Positions 27,770-37,650 of a stretch of 63,905 nucleotides of DNA are shown here, piece after piece. The number at the start of each line of letters is the position of its first letter. The stretch's first letter is position 1. The DNA is from a virus. Lineage: Duplodnaviria > Caudoviricetes. The notes below the pieces were generated by a model that was given only the letters and a program-made list of their open reading frames with translations, was not told the DNA's origin and searched no databases. The DNA lies in IMG/VR virus record IMGVR_UViG_3300037245_001426, positions 1 through 63,905 of that record. One strand, written 5' to 3'. The position numbers and the translations under genes are program-made.

Positions 27770-27863
27770 CATGGGACATAGACAGGCGCCCTATGTATAG
27801 AATGATTTGATTTTGTCACTATGACTTAGCAATCAACAAGAAAATTGACACGAAAATCACGCC

Positions 27864-30548
27864 ATGCCAACGCGATCGGAAGCAATCAAAACTTTCTTGA
27901 CAGCGATGACCCACGCTGATTTGGCGGAGTCATACTATCTAGGGATGGAGGCCCAAGTCAACGTCGCGCAAGACGGTGGTGACCGCGTATCTACTGAGGG
28001 CTTCAAGGGCCGCACCTGGCATTCCTACTCTGACGGTGCGCAAGAGTGGTACTCATTCAGAATTCCAAAGAAGGCGTTCTCCGACCCTGAGAACAATGAT
28101 TACAAAATCAACTATGATTTGGCCGCGCACGCGGACGGCATTGGCCTAACTGGTTGGGATTGGAAAGAGCGAGTATCCAGGTGGGTGGGTTATGATTTCG
28201 ACGCGATTGCCGGTCACTCAGGCGCTAACGCTCTCACTGACACAGAACTTGACGCCGTACGTGAGGCCGCCATCAATCTACCATGGGTCACGGTCCGCCG
28301 CTCGACATCTGGTAGCGGACTCCATCTCTACGTCTATCTAGACAGCGTTCCCACGGCCACGCACAATGAGCACTCTGCCCTGTCGCGCGCAATCCTAGGT
28401 AAAATGGCCGCCACCACGGGATTCGATTTCAGCAGCAAAGTCGACGTATGCGGATCAGTTCTTTGGATCTGGCATCGTAAGATGACTAACGCTAATCGTG
28501 GACTGGAGCTTATCAAGAAGGGTGAGGTTCTCACTGATATCCCAGTCAATTGGCAGGATCATGTTGACGTAGTCAAAGGGAATCGCAAGCGTATTAAGCC
28601 AGAGTTTGTCGACGATGAATCTAAGTTTGATGAACTCACAGGACAACGTCCACGCGTTAAGCTGGATGACACTCACAAAAAGCTGCTAGATTACTTGGAG
28701 AAAAATAAAGCTCAATGGTGGTGGGACGCGGACCATTACATGATGGTGTGCCACACGCTAGACCTGAAGAAAGCCCATAAGGATCTTCAGTTGCGTGGCA
28801 TATTTGACACGAAGTCAACAGGCGCTACAGGTGCCGCCCAAGGCGCTGACCATAACTGCTTCGCTTTCCCGATTGATCACCCAGAAGGTGGGTGGGTAAT
28901 CAGGAGATACGCCAAAGGAGTAGAGGAATCTAACAACTGGGAGCAAGACGGAAGCGGGTATACGCGATGCTACTTCAACTGCGATCCATCTCTCAAAAAT
29001 GCCGCACAGAACTTTGGCGGTATGGAGGACGAGAAGGGAGCCTTCCACTTCAATGACAGTAAGGCGGTCGCGGCATGCGCCAGGGCGCTAGGTATCAAGA
29101 TCAAACTGCCGGAGTGGTCGTGGCAGCACAAAGCCAAGATACATCAGCATAAAGACGGTCGATTGGTTGTCTCCTTCAAGAAGGAGGCCACAGACCATTA
29201 TGACGATATTCCCGGCTGGCGCGAGGACAAAGGACACTGGACGCGCATATTCAACGCCAATCTTCAAGAGACTTTTGAGCCAGAGGCTATCAAGCACGAC
29301 GACATCATTCGTCATCTGTCCACGGACAAAAGCACCGACCGTGGATGGGTCGTGAACGCCGCAGGTAAGTGGCGTGAAGAACCGTACACACACGTCAGAC
29401 TCGCGATGAAATCTCACGGTTTGCGTGATTCTGAAATCAATAAGATCCTTGGAGACTGTGTACTGGAACCTTGGATTCTTGCCAACGAGCCTTTCAAGGA
29501 AGAATTCTTAGGCGGGCGGCTGTGGAACCGCGATGCTCCGCAGCTTAGATACAAGCCTAAAGAGGATGAACCGTACAATTGCCCCACGTGGTATAAGATT
29601 CTGGAACAGTGCGGCAAGGGCCTGGATTCCGCGGTGAAGACTGACGGCTGGTGTCAGGCCAACGGTGTGTCAACGGGCGCTGACTATCTTAAGATATGGG
29701 TAGCTAGCCTATTCCAAGCGCCCAAGGAGCAACTGCCGTACCTGTTTTTGTATTCCAAGGAGGAGAAGACTGGGAAGTCCACGTTCCATGAAGCTATTGA
29801 AATGCTGATGACTCGTGGGTACGTGCGAGCGGACGTGGCATTGATTTCATCGGCAGGGTTCAACGGCGAACTAGAGGGTGCTGTGTTGTGCGTAGTTGAA
29901 GAGACCAACCTACAGAAAGCCGCCGCGGCACGGAATAGAATCAAGGACTGGGTCATGTCTAAGACGCTGATGATCCACCATAAAGGCCGCACCCCGTATC
30001 AAGTTCGCAATACCGTCCACTTTGTCCAGACCGGAAATAGTATTGAAGAGTGCCCGATTTTCTCGGGTGATACTAGAATCACAATGATTCATGTTCCTGT
30101 ACTCGACATGATGGACATGATTCCTAGGAATCAATTGCACCAACAATTAAAGCAGGAAGCTCCAGACTTCCTCGCTGACATTCTGCAGGTGGAGATACCG
30201 CTGTCTAACGACCGTTTGAATGTACCAATTGTTGAGTCTGACATCAAGAAACTGACGGCTGAAAGCAACCGATCATCGCTGGAAATCTTCCTGGACGAAG
30301 TATGTTATGACGCCCCAGGTGAGTCCATCCTAGTAGCCAACTTGTTTGGACGTTTCCAAGAGTGGCTTGACCCAATGGAAGTGCATGAGTGGAGTAAGAT
30401 CAAGATGGGCCGTGAACTGCCGCACAAGTATCCGAAGGGCCGGATAGGTGCGCCACATTACGTCGGCAATCTGTCGTTTACCGAGCCCGAGAACGTCGAT
30501 CAACCTAAGCTGATCCTCTATGACGGGAATTTGATTAGTGAGCATTAG
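27864..30548 (+). CDS. primase-polymerase (AEP-like) fused to SF3/D5-type helicase
   Basis: YDFD, RSTSGSGLHLY; Walker A KTGKST, Walker B CVVEE; C-terminal winged helix. Confidence 0.85.
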   Translation: MPTRSEAIKTFLTAMTHADLAESYYLGMEAQVNVAQDGGDRVSTEGFKGRTWHSYSDGAQEWYSFRIPKKAFSDPENNDYKINYDLAAHADGIGLTGWDWKERVSRWVGYDFDAIAGHSGANALTDTELDAVREAAINLPWVTVRRSTSGSGLHLYVYLDSVPTATHNEHSALSRAILGKMAATTGFDFSSKVDVCGSVLWIWHRKMTNANRGLELIKKGEVLTDIPVNWQDHVDVVKGNRKRIKPEFVDDESKFDELTGQRPRVKLDDTHKKLLDYLEKNKAQWWWDADHYMMVCHTLDLKKAHKDLQLRGIFDTKSTGATGAAQGADHNCFAFPIDHPEGGWVIRRYAKGVEESNNWEQDGSGYTRCYFNCDPSLKNAAQNFGGMEDEKGAFHFNDSKAVAACARALGIKIKLPEWSWQHKAKIHQHKDGRLVVSFKKEATDHYDDIPGWREDKGHWTRIFNANLQETFEPEAIKHDDIIRHLSTDKSTDRGWVVNAAGKWREEPYTHVRLAMKSHGLRDSEINKILGDCVLEPWILANEPFKEEFLGGRLWNRDAPQLRYKPKEDEPYNCPTWYKILEQCGKGLDSAVKTDGWCQANGVSTGADYLKIWVASLFQAPKEQLPYLFLYSKEEKTGKSTFHEAIEMLMTRGYVRADVALISSAGFNGELEGAVLCVVEETNLQKAAAARNRIKDWVMSKTLMIHHKGRTPYQVRNTVHFVQTGNSIEECPIFSGDTRITMIHVPVLDMMDMIPRNQLHQQLKQEAPDFLADILQVEIPLSNDRLNVPIVESDIKKLTAESNRSSLEIFLDEVCYDAPGESILVANLFGRFQEWLDPMEVHEWSKIKMGRELPHKYPKGRIGAPHYVGNLSFTEPENVDQPKLILYDGNLISEH

Positions 30549-30725
30549 ATCAAAAATAGAACGACTCAGCCTACAGCAACGAAGGCAACTCTCATACGCC
30601 TTCGATAACGGCATTGCGCAATACGTACGCGCAGGCAGCACCTTCGTAGGCGTTCATCTAGTTCCAAATCGTGTTCCTCACCTCAAAATCAATGAGGTTC
30701 GCGGAGCTTGGAGTACAGGAACCGT

Positions 30726-31278
30726 AACCTTAGGAGATTGATTTGATCAAACTACCTTACGTACCCCGTGTGGTACTTTACCGTGAAGAAGACCACTGGA
30801 TAGCCCATTGTATTGAAATGGATTTGGTGGCTGACGGCTTAACACCCACAAAAGCGATTCAACATTTACGGCGTATTATTGATTTTCAAATTTCCTCAGT
30901 GCTACTAGCTGGTAATTTGGAGTCATTATTCAGTCGCGCGCCTTCAGATATTATCGCAGCATTCTACGACGCCATACCATGGCCACTAACTGTGTCACCT
31001 ACTAAGTACATAGAATTTTTTAACATCAGAATAACCTCAGGAGACTGACATGCAGCCGGGACCAAATATCCTAATTCAGACTAAGGTGCAGTTGCGAGCA
31101 ATAATCCACGGACACAACATTTTTGTTGCGTACAAATGGAAGAAAGTCGGACCTTGCGGAGATTTCTGCGAGTCACCGGCAGTGAAATTCCTCGCGGGTG
31201 ACAGCACTTACATAGTTCTTATGAGTAAAGCTGACTTCGACGCGTTCTACGAACTAGAAACCTCAGGAGACTGACATG
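30726..31278 (+). repeat. three gene-junction repeats AACCTCAGGAGACTGACATG (30726, 31033, 31259)
   Basis: Copies 2 and 3 identical over 20 bp; three consecutive ORFs all end T(S/L)GD*. Confidence 0.9.
30743..31048 (+). CDS. HicB-like protein
   Basis: YREEDHWIAHCIEMDLVADGLTPTKAIQHL. Confidence 0.6.
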   Translation: MIKLPYVPRVVLYREEDHWIAHCIEMDLVADGLTPTKAIQHLRRIIDFQISSVLLAGNLESLFSRAPSDIIAAFYDAIPWPLTVSPTKYIEFFNIRITSGD

Positions 31279-31833
31279 AAAATCATTGCTTTTGGCTACC
31301 AAAAAGGATCTGGCAAAGACACAGCAGGGAAGTTCCTCGACATCATGCTGCGCGCCGCGAACGTGAAGTCATGCCGAGCGTCGTTCGCTGACAAACTGAA
31401 GGATGTTGCCTTCCAATTATACGGTTGGGCGGGACTGAAGCGCGGAATCTATTACGAGACTCACCGGGATCAAAAGGAAGTCATTCTTCCTAAGCTAGGA
31501 CTCTCACCGCGTGACATCTGGATTCAGGTCGGGAACAAAATGCGTGAGGTGTATCCGGACACCTGGATTAAGTACGCTATGAACGGACTGAAGTGTGATG
31601 TTGTAATCGTGACGGATCTTAGATTCTGGAATGAAGGTACCATCCTGTTAGAACATGATGCCACGTTGGTCCGTATGTCCCGCAAAGGTATACTGACCGG
31701 CGACGACCCGGCGGAAGTGGAACTGCATGGCTGGACTATTTGGCATTACGATATTCTCAATCATGGCACGCTGAATGAACTTAATTCTAAGATCAAGGCC
31801 ATGGCCATCGACCTCAAGCTACTGGAGGAGTAA
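31276..31833 (+). CDS. deoxynucleoside monophosphate kinase
   Basis: GYQKGSGKDT, SFADKLK, R...Q.G..MR, W, IVTDLRF.NE. Confidence 0.88.
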   Translation: MKIIAFGYQKGSGKDTAGKFLDIMLRAANVKSCRASFADKLKDVAFQLYGWAGLKRGIYYETHRDQKEVILPKLGLSPRDIWIQVGNKMREVYPDTWIKYAMNGLKCDVVIVTDLRFWNEGTILLEHDATLVRMSRKGILTGDDPAEVELHGWTIWHYDILNHGTLNELNSKIKAMAIDLKLLEE

Positions 31834-32140
31834 TGAAAAAGATAAAATATGTTCCGCTAGACGGTATGATGCGCAGTGCGCTAAAGAGAAGTAAAGCTGA
31901 GCCGGTTACTCCCAGCAAGCGAAAGAAGGCTGAGATACCGAAAGATGGGTACGTTGCAATCTGTATCGACGGCCCAATGAAAGGTATGATTACTAGCGTC
32001 AAGAATCCTAGTGCCCCTGTCTTGGCACCTATGATAAACGACCCGTACTACTATTGCGCGGTGTACAAAGTCACGAATAAGATCACGTCACTCGGCGAGA
32101 TTGCCTGCCAATTTTCTCACCTTTTGTCTAGGGAGAAGAA

Positions 32141-32455
32141 ATGAGTGAGTTCCGAAAGAAAGCTATTGTGATTAAAGCTACACAGTGGTTCAAAAATGGC
32201 GACCATCCCTTGGACGCTTGCGATGGCTCCGAAAATGAAGGTGAAGTAGTTCGCCGTTACAATCACCCAGAAGATCTCGGCTCGCGAGCATGTAATAAAT
32301 GTGGGCGCAAAATGTTTTCACATGGTTGGATTGATACACCAGAAGGTGGCGCCATAGTCTGCCCGGGAGACTGGATAATTACTGGAATCAAGGGCGAAAT
32401 GTATCCTTGCAAGCCTAACATTTTTGCGATCACATATGGCGAGGTGACATCATGA
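32141..32455 (+). CDS. conserved phage protein (PGDWII motif)
   Basis: FRKK...A.QW, IDTPEG, PGDWIITG..GE.YPCKP.IF..TY. Confidence 0.75.
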   Translation: MSEFRKKAIVIKATQWFKNGDHPLDACDGSENEGEVVRRYNHPEDLGSRACNKCGRKMFSHGWIDTPEGGAIVCPGDWIITGIKGEMYPCKPNIFAITYGEVTS

Positions 32456-33060
32456 GCCGAGGAATGGTACATCTTAATGGCAATATCCTTGCCTGCGTTG
32501 ACGTAGAGACGACCGGCCTGCGCGCTGGCTATCACGACATACATCAAATTGCCGTGTTGCCATTGGATACTGATATTAAGCCCCTGAAAGGCGTACTCCC
32601 ATTCGCGCTTGATATTAAAGTCAGGCACCCGGACCGCATCCAAAAGGGAGCAATACAGATCCCGCGTGCTGAGTTTGTAAGCCGTCAACAGCATGCTGTT
32701 GACTATTTCACGGCTGCAGACTTGTTCGACGATTGGTTCGTCAGATTGAAACTCCCGATCTACAAGAAGCTGATGCCCATGGCTCAGAACTGGCCGTTCG
32801 ATAAAGGCTTCCTTGTGGACTGGCTTGGAGACGAAAGCTACGAGCAGTTCTTCCACCCGCACTTCCGTGATACGATGCCTGTAGCCGCATTCCATAGCGA
32901 CCTGATGAGTTTCCGAGGCGAACAATATCTGTTTCAGAAGTTTGCACTGCGGTATTTATGCAACGCCCTGGAAGTGAAGAACCAGAAAGCGCACGATGCG
33001 CTTCAGGACGTGATTGCGACAGCAGAATGCTATCGAAGAATGCTGATGACCGCATTTTAG
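32452..33060 (+). CDS. DEDDh exonuclease (RNase T/DnaQ-like)
   Basis: VDVETTG, AQNWPFD, AHDALQD. Confidence 0.85.
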   Translation: MSRGMVHLNGNILACVDVETTGLRAGYHDIHQIAVLPLDTDIKPLKGVLPFALDIKVRHPDRIQKGAIQIPRAEFVSRQQHAVDYFTAADLFDDWFVRLKLPIYKKLMPMAQNWPFDKGFLVDWLGDESYEQFFHPHFRDTMPVAAFHSDLMSFRGEQYLFQKFALRYLCNALEVKNQKAHDALQDVIATAECYRRMLMTAF

Positions 33061-34364
33061 AGGTCTTCGTAAGTCATAATTATACCGCCAGAGTGGTCTG
33101 TCTTGCTAAATGCGCGCGTATCTCCTGCCGTGCCGCTTCTCCATTGGCTGTCATACGATACAAAATCACCCTGAGAAGTGCCGTATGGGTCCACGGTGCC
33201 GCACGGTGGAGAAGGATATGTTGACGTATCGTATGCGACCGACCACTCAGCCGAGGGAGTATCTATTTCGTAATTCCTGTTGATTACTCCATAGGGTAAT
33301 CCTGTCGGCGTAAAGTAAATAGTGGCTGCGGTAGTTCTATATCCTTCGGCGCGTCCTTGAAACTCGTACCTCAAATGTAATTTCGTGTAGGCTTGAGCGC
33401 CCTTACTTAAAAATGGGTAAGGACCCATCCCCCACGGAGTATTTTTGTATCCGCTAATTGCGACCTTGTCCAAAGTTCTAGGCTTAAAATCGATAGGCCA
33501 TTCGGGACCTGACCAGCCACCAGGTAGATAATTATTAGTTAGCATAAAACTCCAGCTACGAGTAGCTGCAGCATCAGCATCTGCTAGATTTTCTACGGCG
33601 AGGGCTTTAGCCTCGTCACGCATTCCTTCTTTTTCATCTATTTCTTCCTCTAATTCGTCCACAATTTCTTCCCAGTGGTCTACATCTGCCTGTTCGTCAG
33701 TGCAATTTACCACACAGGAACTCAGCGCATTCTGCGCATTCTGTAGCGCTTCCTCTGCGCTTCCTAAATCATCTCGCAGGCCCTTCAAGTCGCGTTCAAG
33801 TATCAATTCTGCGCGTCTATTTGACATCCAATTCCGTGTTTTCACGCGTGCGGTATGGTTATCCCTTCGAGCTTCGTCTAGGCGTGACCTATGACTTTCG
33901 TCAATCGTGGATTGCTGATGGTACGGAGACTTATGAGTTATGGCGTAATCCCACACACAAAATCCCAGCCCATAGGTTCCTGTCTCGACATAACCACAAC
34001 ATTTTGTGTCGTGATATGTGTGCGAGAAATACTGGATAGTCCACGTGCCAAGATTGATCTCATCAGGTTCACAGTCACACCAGCCCACCTCTATTGCTTC
34101 AATTATATCTGAAATAAGAGACTTAAAATTAAGTTGAGGTGTCTCTAAATCGTCAAACTCATTGTCTTCACATATTTCTATGAGTTTGTCATGTACGTCC
34201 TGGACATCTTTCTTTGTCCATATATGATCCTCTTCAGCTTCTTCTAGCGGGTCAAGTTCATCGCAACCGTCGTCTGGATTTTCGCACAACAAGTTTATAG
34301 GCTTGATGATCTCGCGATTCCAAGACTTGCGGCTGAACGGAAAAAGGTTGTCTGTAGCAGCCAT
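33057..34364 (-). CDS. Cys-rich acidic coiled-coil tail-tip protein
   Basis: Last gene of the virion operon; coiled coil and many Cys. Confidence 0.5.
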   Translation of the reverse strand: MAATDNLFPFSRKSWNREIIKPINLLCENPDDGCDELDPLEEAEEDHIWTKKDVQDVHDKLIEICEDNEFDDLETPQLNFKSLISDIIEAIEVGWCDCEPDEINLGTWTIQYFSHTYHDTKCCGYVETGTYGLGFCVWDYAITHKSPYHQQSTIDESHRSRLDEARRDNHTARVKTRNWMSNRRAELILERDLKGLRDDLGSAEEALQNAQNALSSCVVNCTDEQADVDHWEEIVDELEEEIDEKEGMRDEAKALAVENLADADAAATRSWSFMLTNNYLPGGWSGPEWPIDFKPRTLDKVAISGYKNTPWGMGPYPFLSKGAQAYTKLHLRYEFQGRAEGYRTTAATIYFTPTGLPYGVINRNYEIDTPSAEWSVAYDTSTYPSPPCGTVDPYGTSQGDFVSYDSQWRSGTAGDTRAFSKTDHSGGIIMTYEDL

Positions 34365-37288
34365 TACCCGTCACACTCCCCGAGTTTCTCACCCGCCTGG
34401 CTATCCTCCAAAGAATTACATTCCTCTTCAGCGAGGTATGCTGATCCTGCTACCCACAACGAACACTCAGCATTATACTTAAAATCGTACGGGCTCCTCT
34501 TGCAACTTCCGTCCTGGTCCTTACCGCTGAACAACGTCGCAGTGTGTATCGCCAACGGCTTACCTTCTTCCAGGGAGAAAATGTCACTTAGGTAGTTGAA
34601 CTGCCCAGGAACCTCGTTAGAGATTACTTTAGTTCGCTCCAGGACAATCTCCGTGACGCCGGACACATCAATCTCTACTGGAGGAGGAAGAATGTCTTCC
34701 TCGTACTCCAAGCCTAGATAGGGATTCGGATTATCTGATGCTGAAATCACAGCGAACTCAGTTCCAACGATAACATCCTGAGCCACGAATCCTATGTCAG
34801 ACGGATGGCTGTCGCCACGATCTGTCTGCGGACCAAACAGGATGTTGATACCGCCCACAAAGATGTCACTTGGGTCCAAGTGGGATGTGTCACCAATTGG
34901 CAACTCTCCGGTAGCGTTCTCTCCGATGTTGTTACCACCGGCCAAGCCCAAATCTACTTCGTCATTTGTAGGGAAGACCCAAGTAGCAGGTACATTAGCT
35001 GGCCACGCGAAAAGATACGGTGTCATAGTTCCTGCTTTCACAGGCGTCCAACATTCAAAGTTGATTGTCTGATTGTCAGAATTGAACGCAGACTGTTCAA
35101 CAATACTCTTGACTGGACTGCTAGCAATGTAGTCACGCAGGTCAAGAGTGATAGCGTCAAACGTCTCGACGTTCATCTTGTGTAGGAACGTATTGAACCT
35201 AATGTGCTTCCATGTATTTGATTTCCGAATCAACCAAAATGTGGCCACCTTGTGGATGATGTCTGGTTGGTTGTAAATGTAGTATTCATCGCTACCTTCC
35301 TGGATACCGTACTTGGCCACATTATGCCGCAGGATGATCTTGTTCATTTCGTCCTGCGCGTAACTCACTCGCCAGTCTACAGTGTATTTGGTCACTAGGT
35401 CTTCGGTGGAGGTGAGTTCCACTTCCACGCTCTGAGACTCGATGTCACTAATGTAAAAAGTATCTACGGTCGTAGGTTCCTCAGCTAGATACGAAATATA
35501 GAATACGTCGTTGATAAGTCGAATGCTACATCGCGATTGGAACGCGATCTCTTGCAGAGCCTCGACGATGTTCTTCCGGTCCAAGAGCGCAAAGTTGGCG
35601 GGGAATGGCGCCAACTTTGTTCTGACGCTATCAAAGCTAGTGCTGTCATAAGTCAGGTCTGTATATGTATCTATCAGATACTTAACAATATCTACGATGT
35701 TCGGCCCAACTGAGGACTCGAAAGTGACATAGAGCGAGTCACCCTCCCAATTTTGGTCATCGATTGTAGTTAGTGACCGGGCCAATTTGATCTGCACCGC
35801 AGAGATGCTGCCATACACAGCGATCTCGTCCTCCCACAGATCGTCAGGCACATTCACTAACGTCCTTACACCGTTAATATCCTTAAAGGCTTTGACCTGT
35901 AGGACGGTACCTGGAACTATACTGACCACATGGTAAATGGGCTCATCCTCAGCCATCGTTACCGTAGTTCCCGCGTCAGCCCAAAAGTGGATGGCTCGCT
36001 GATTCTGGCTGGTGCTACGGCGTGTTGGCGCATTGTAGAACAGGTAAAAGTCTTTGCGAAATACGTCAAATAGTCCACCCGGCAAGTACGCTCCGCTACT
36101 GGAGCCATTATTGGATGATGAGTTACCCATACCAGACGGAACCTGTGTCTCCCAAAGTATGTGCTTACCTGGTGGCGTCACAGGGGCGCACCCAGCCGGG
36201 AGAGATTCATCGTTAGATAGCTGTTCTGTGGCCCGCGCCTCATTCTCTGGGTGGGTGCGCGATGTGATTTTGAACTCATTACCTGCACCAAGGAAATACC
36301 CGGTAAACAGTCCGCCGTTTATATCTAACGTGATTGTGCCGCGAGGAAAGTCTTCGCCGCCAAGGATCTCTAGCGGATTACAACCTTCGCCAGTATCCTC
36401 AGCGTCACTTAATGTACCAGCCCTGCGTAAGCTAGCGCATCGAAGTTGTTGTAAGTATTGTGCGACCGTCTCCGTGATTTGGCGGTACACGCCATTAGAC
36501 TCATCACGGTAAGCGCTCGCCTTATTCTTGTAGTCCTCGTTCTCAGCGAAGATATACTTGTCACCGCTAGCCTTGAATCCACTAGATCTGCTGGCGGCCT
36601 GGTCATAGATATTCGCAAGGTTGTTTACGTACTGCGCCCGCGCACTCTGTTCACGGAGATCGGGCGGCTTACCCTCGGTTGTGGCGCTCGTATGGATGTT
36701 CTGACCGCTGATGATGCCGACGCCACAAAGCGTCCGGCCAGTGATGGCCTTGTTTATCTGGACGCAAGGAACATCGATGGGCGTACCAAAGCATGATGGC
36801 CAAGTCTTACCGATCAACTCTCTAGGGATGAATGGAAACTGGCCTTCCTCCGGCGAGAACCCTACCTCTTTGTCCTCAATCTTACTGAGTATGGTGAATG
36901 TCACCGAGCGGTCAGTTTCCCTCCAGGAGACAGGAGAATTGATCGTGCCCTTAAACAAAAGGAAGCGGTCGACCAGACTCAGACCATCAAAGAACTGATA
37001 CACCCAGACGCTAGTCTTATGGATGTCTTGGCTGTCCATGATACTTTTGATCGTACCATCACTGTCGTCAAGAGTCACAGTTATTTGCTGAGAGTCATCA
37101 CTATTCGAGATCGTGATCACAGAATCCAATGACGAGACTTCAAGGATCTTACCTTTGATAGACTGGACGTCACGATCTGCGTACTGCGTAATAGAATCCT
37201 GGGCCCATTCAATGTCAAGAATGGTGATCGGTTCACTGCCATACTGTTCACGTATCTTAGATAATGCTGATGCTGAAAGATTTCTCAC
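34364..37288 (-). CDS. tail tip / baseplate hub protein (gpJ/Tal-like)
   Basis: Size and position after Dit-like genes; hub-like N-terminus. Confidence 0.65.
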   Translation of the reverse strand: MRNLSASALSKIREQYGSEPITILDIEWAQDSITQYADRDVQSIKGKILEVSSLDSVITISNSDDSQQITVTLDDSDGTIKSIMDSQDIHKTSVWVYQFFDGLSLVDRFLLFKGTINSPVSWRETDRSVTFTILSKIEDKEVGFSPEEGQFPFIPRELIGKTWPSCFGTPIDVPCVQINKAITGRTLCGVGIISGQNIHTSATTEGKPPDLREQSARAQYVNNLANIYDQAASRSSGFKASGDKYIFAENEDYKNKASAYRDESNGVYRQITETVAQYLQQLRCASLRRAGTLSDAEDTGEGCNPLEILGGEDFPRGTITLDINGGLFTGYFLGAGNEFKITSRTHPENEARATEQLSNDESLPAGCAPVTPPGKHILWETQVPSGMGNSSSNNGSSSGAYLPGGLFDVFRKDFYLFYNAPTRRSTSQNQRAIHFWADAGTTVTMAEDEPIYHVVSIVPGTVLQVKAFKDINGVRTLVNVPDDLWEDEIAVYGSISAVQIKLARSLTTIDDQNWEGDSLYVTFESSVGPNIVDIVKYLIDTYTDLTYDSTSFDSVRTKLAPFPANFALLDRKNIVEALQEIAFQSRCSIRLINDVFYISYLAEEPTTVDTFYISDIESQSVEVELTSTEDLVTKYTVDWRVSYAQDEMNKIILRHNVAKYGIQEGSDEYYIYNQPDIIHKVATFWLIRKSNTWKHIRFNTFLHKMNVETFDAITLDLRDYIASSPVKSIVEQSAFNSDNQTINFECWTPVKAGTMTPYLFAWPANVPATWVFPTNDEVDLGLAGGNNIGENATGELPIGDTSHLDPSDIFVGGINILFGPQTDRGDSHPSDIGFVAQDVIVGTEFAVISASDNPNPYLGLEYEEDILPPPVEIDVSGVTEIVLERTKVISNEVPGQFNYLSDIFSLEEGKPLAIHTATLFSGKDQDGSCKRSPYDFKYNAECSLWVAGSAYLAEEECNSLEDSQAGEKLGECDG

Positions 37289-37650
37289 AGTTCAAGGCCC
37301 TCGAACTCAATGTTTATCGTCTGCCATTCACCCTGTACGGAAGTGAATTCAAACGGGTTAATTGTGAAATTTCCCACCCATGTCCGCTCAAGATGGTCAA
37401 CAAATCTGATTTGGGAATCAAAATAGAGCTTCAAGAACAACCTGAACTCTAAAGCTTTTTGTCGATGCATCTCGAAGACCATCAACAATCTGACTCGATC
37501 GTTCTTAGTCTTGACGTAGGTGTACTGCTTCCCATCCTGCGTGTACCGGAGATTGATAGTGTGCGTGTCATTGTCACTGTCCCCGAATCCTGGGTTTGGC
37601 AGGTACAGCAGTTGCTTGACAGCCGGGTATGGCGCTGCTAATTGGATCAT
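37285..37650 (-). CDS. distal tail-like protein
   Basis: 121 aa; paralogous to the C-terminal domain of 37647-40565. Confidence 0.55.
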   Translation of the reverse strand: MIQLAAPYPAVKQLLYLPNPGFGDSDNDTHTINLRYTQDGKQYTYVKTKNDRVRLLMVFEMHRQKALEFRLFLKLYFDSQIRFVDHLERTWVGNFTINPFEFTSVQGEWQTINIEFEGLEL

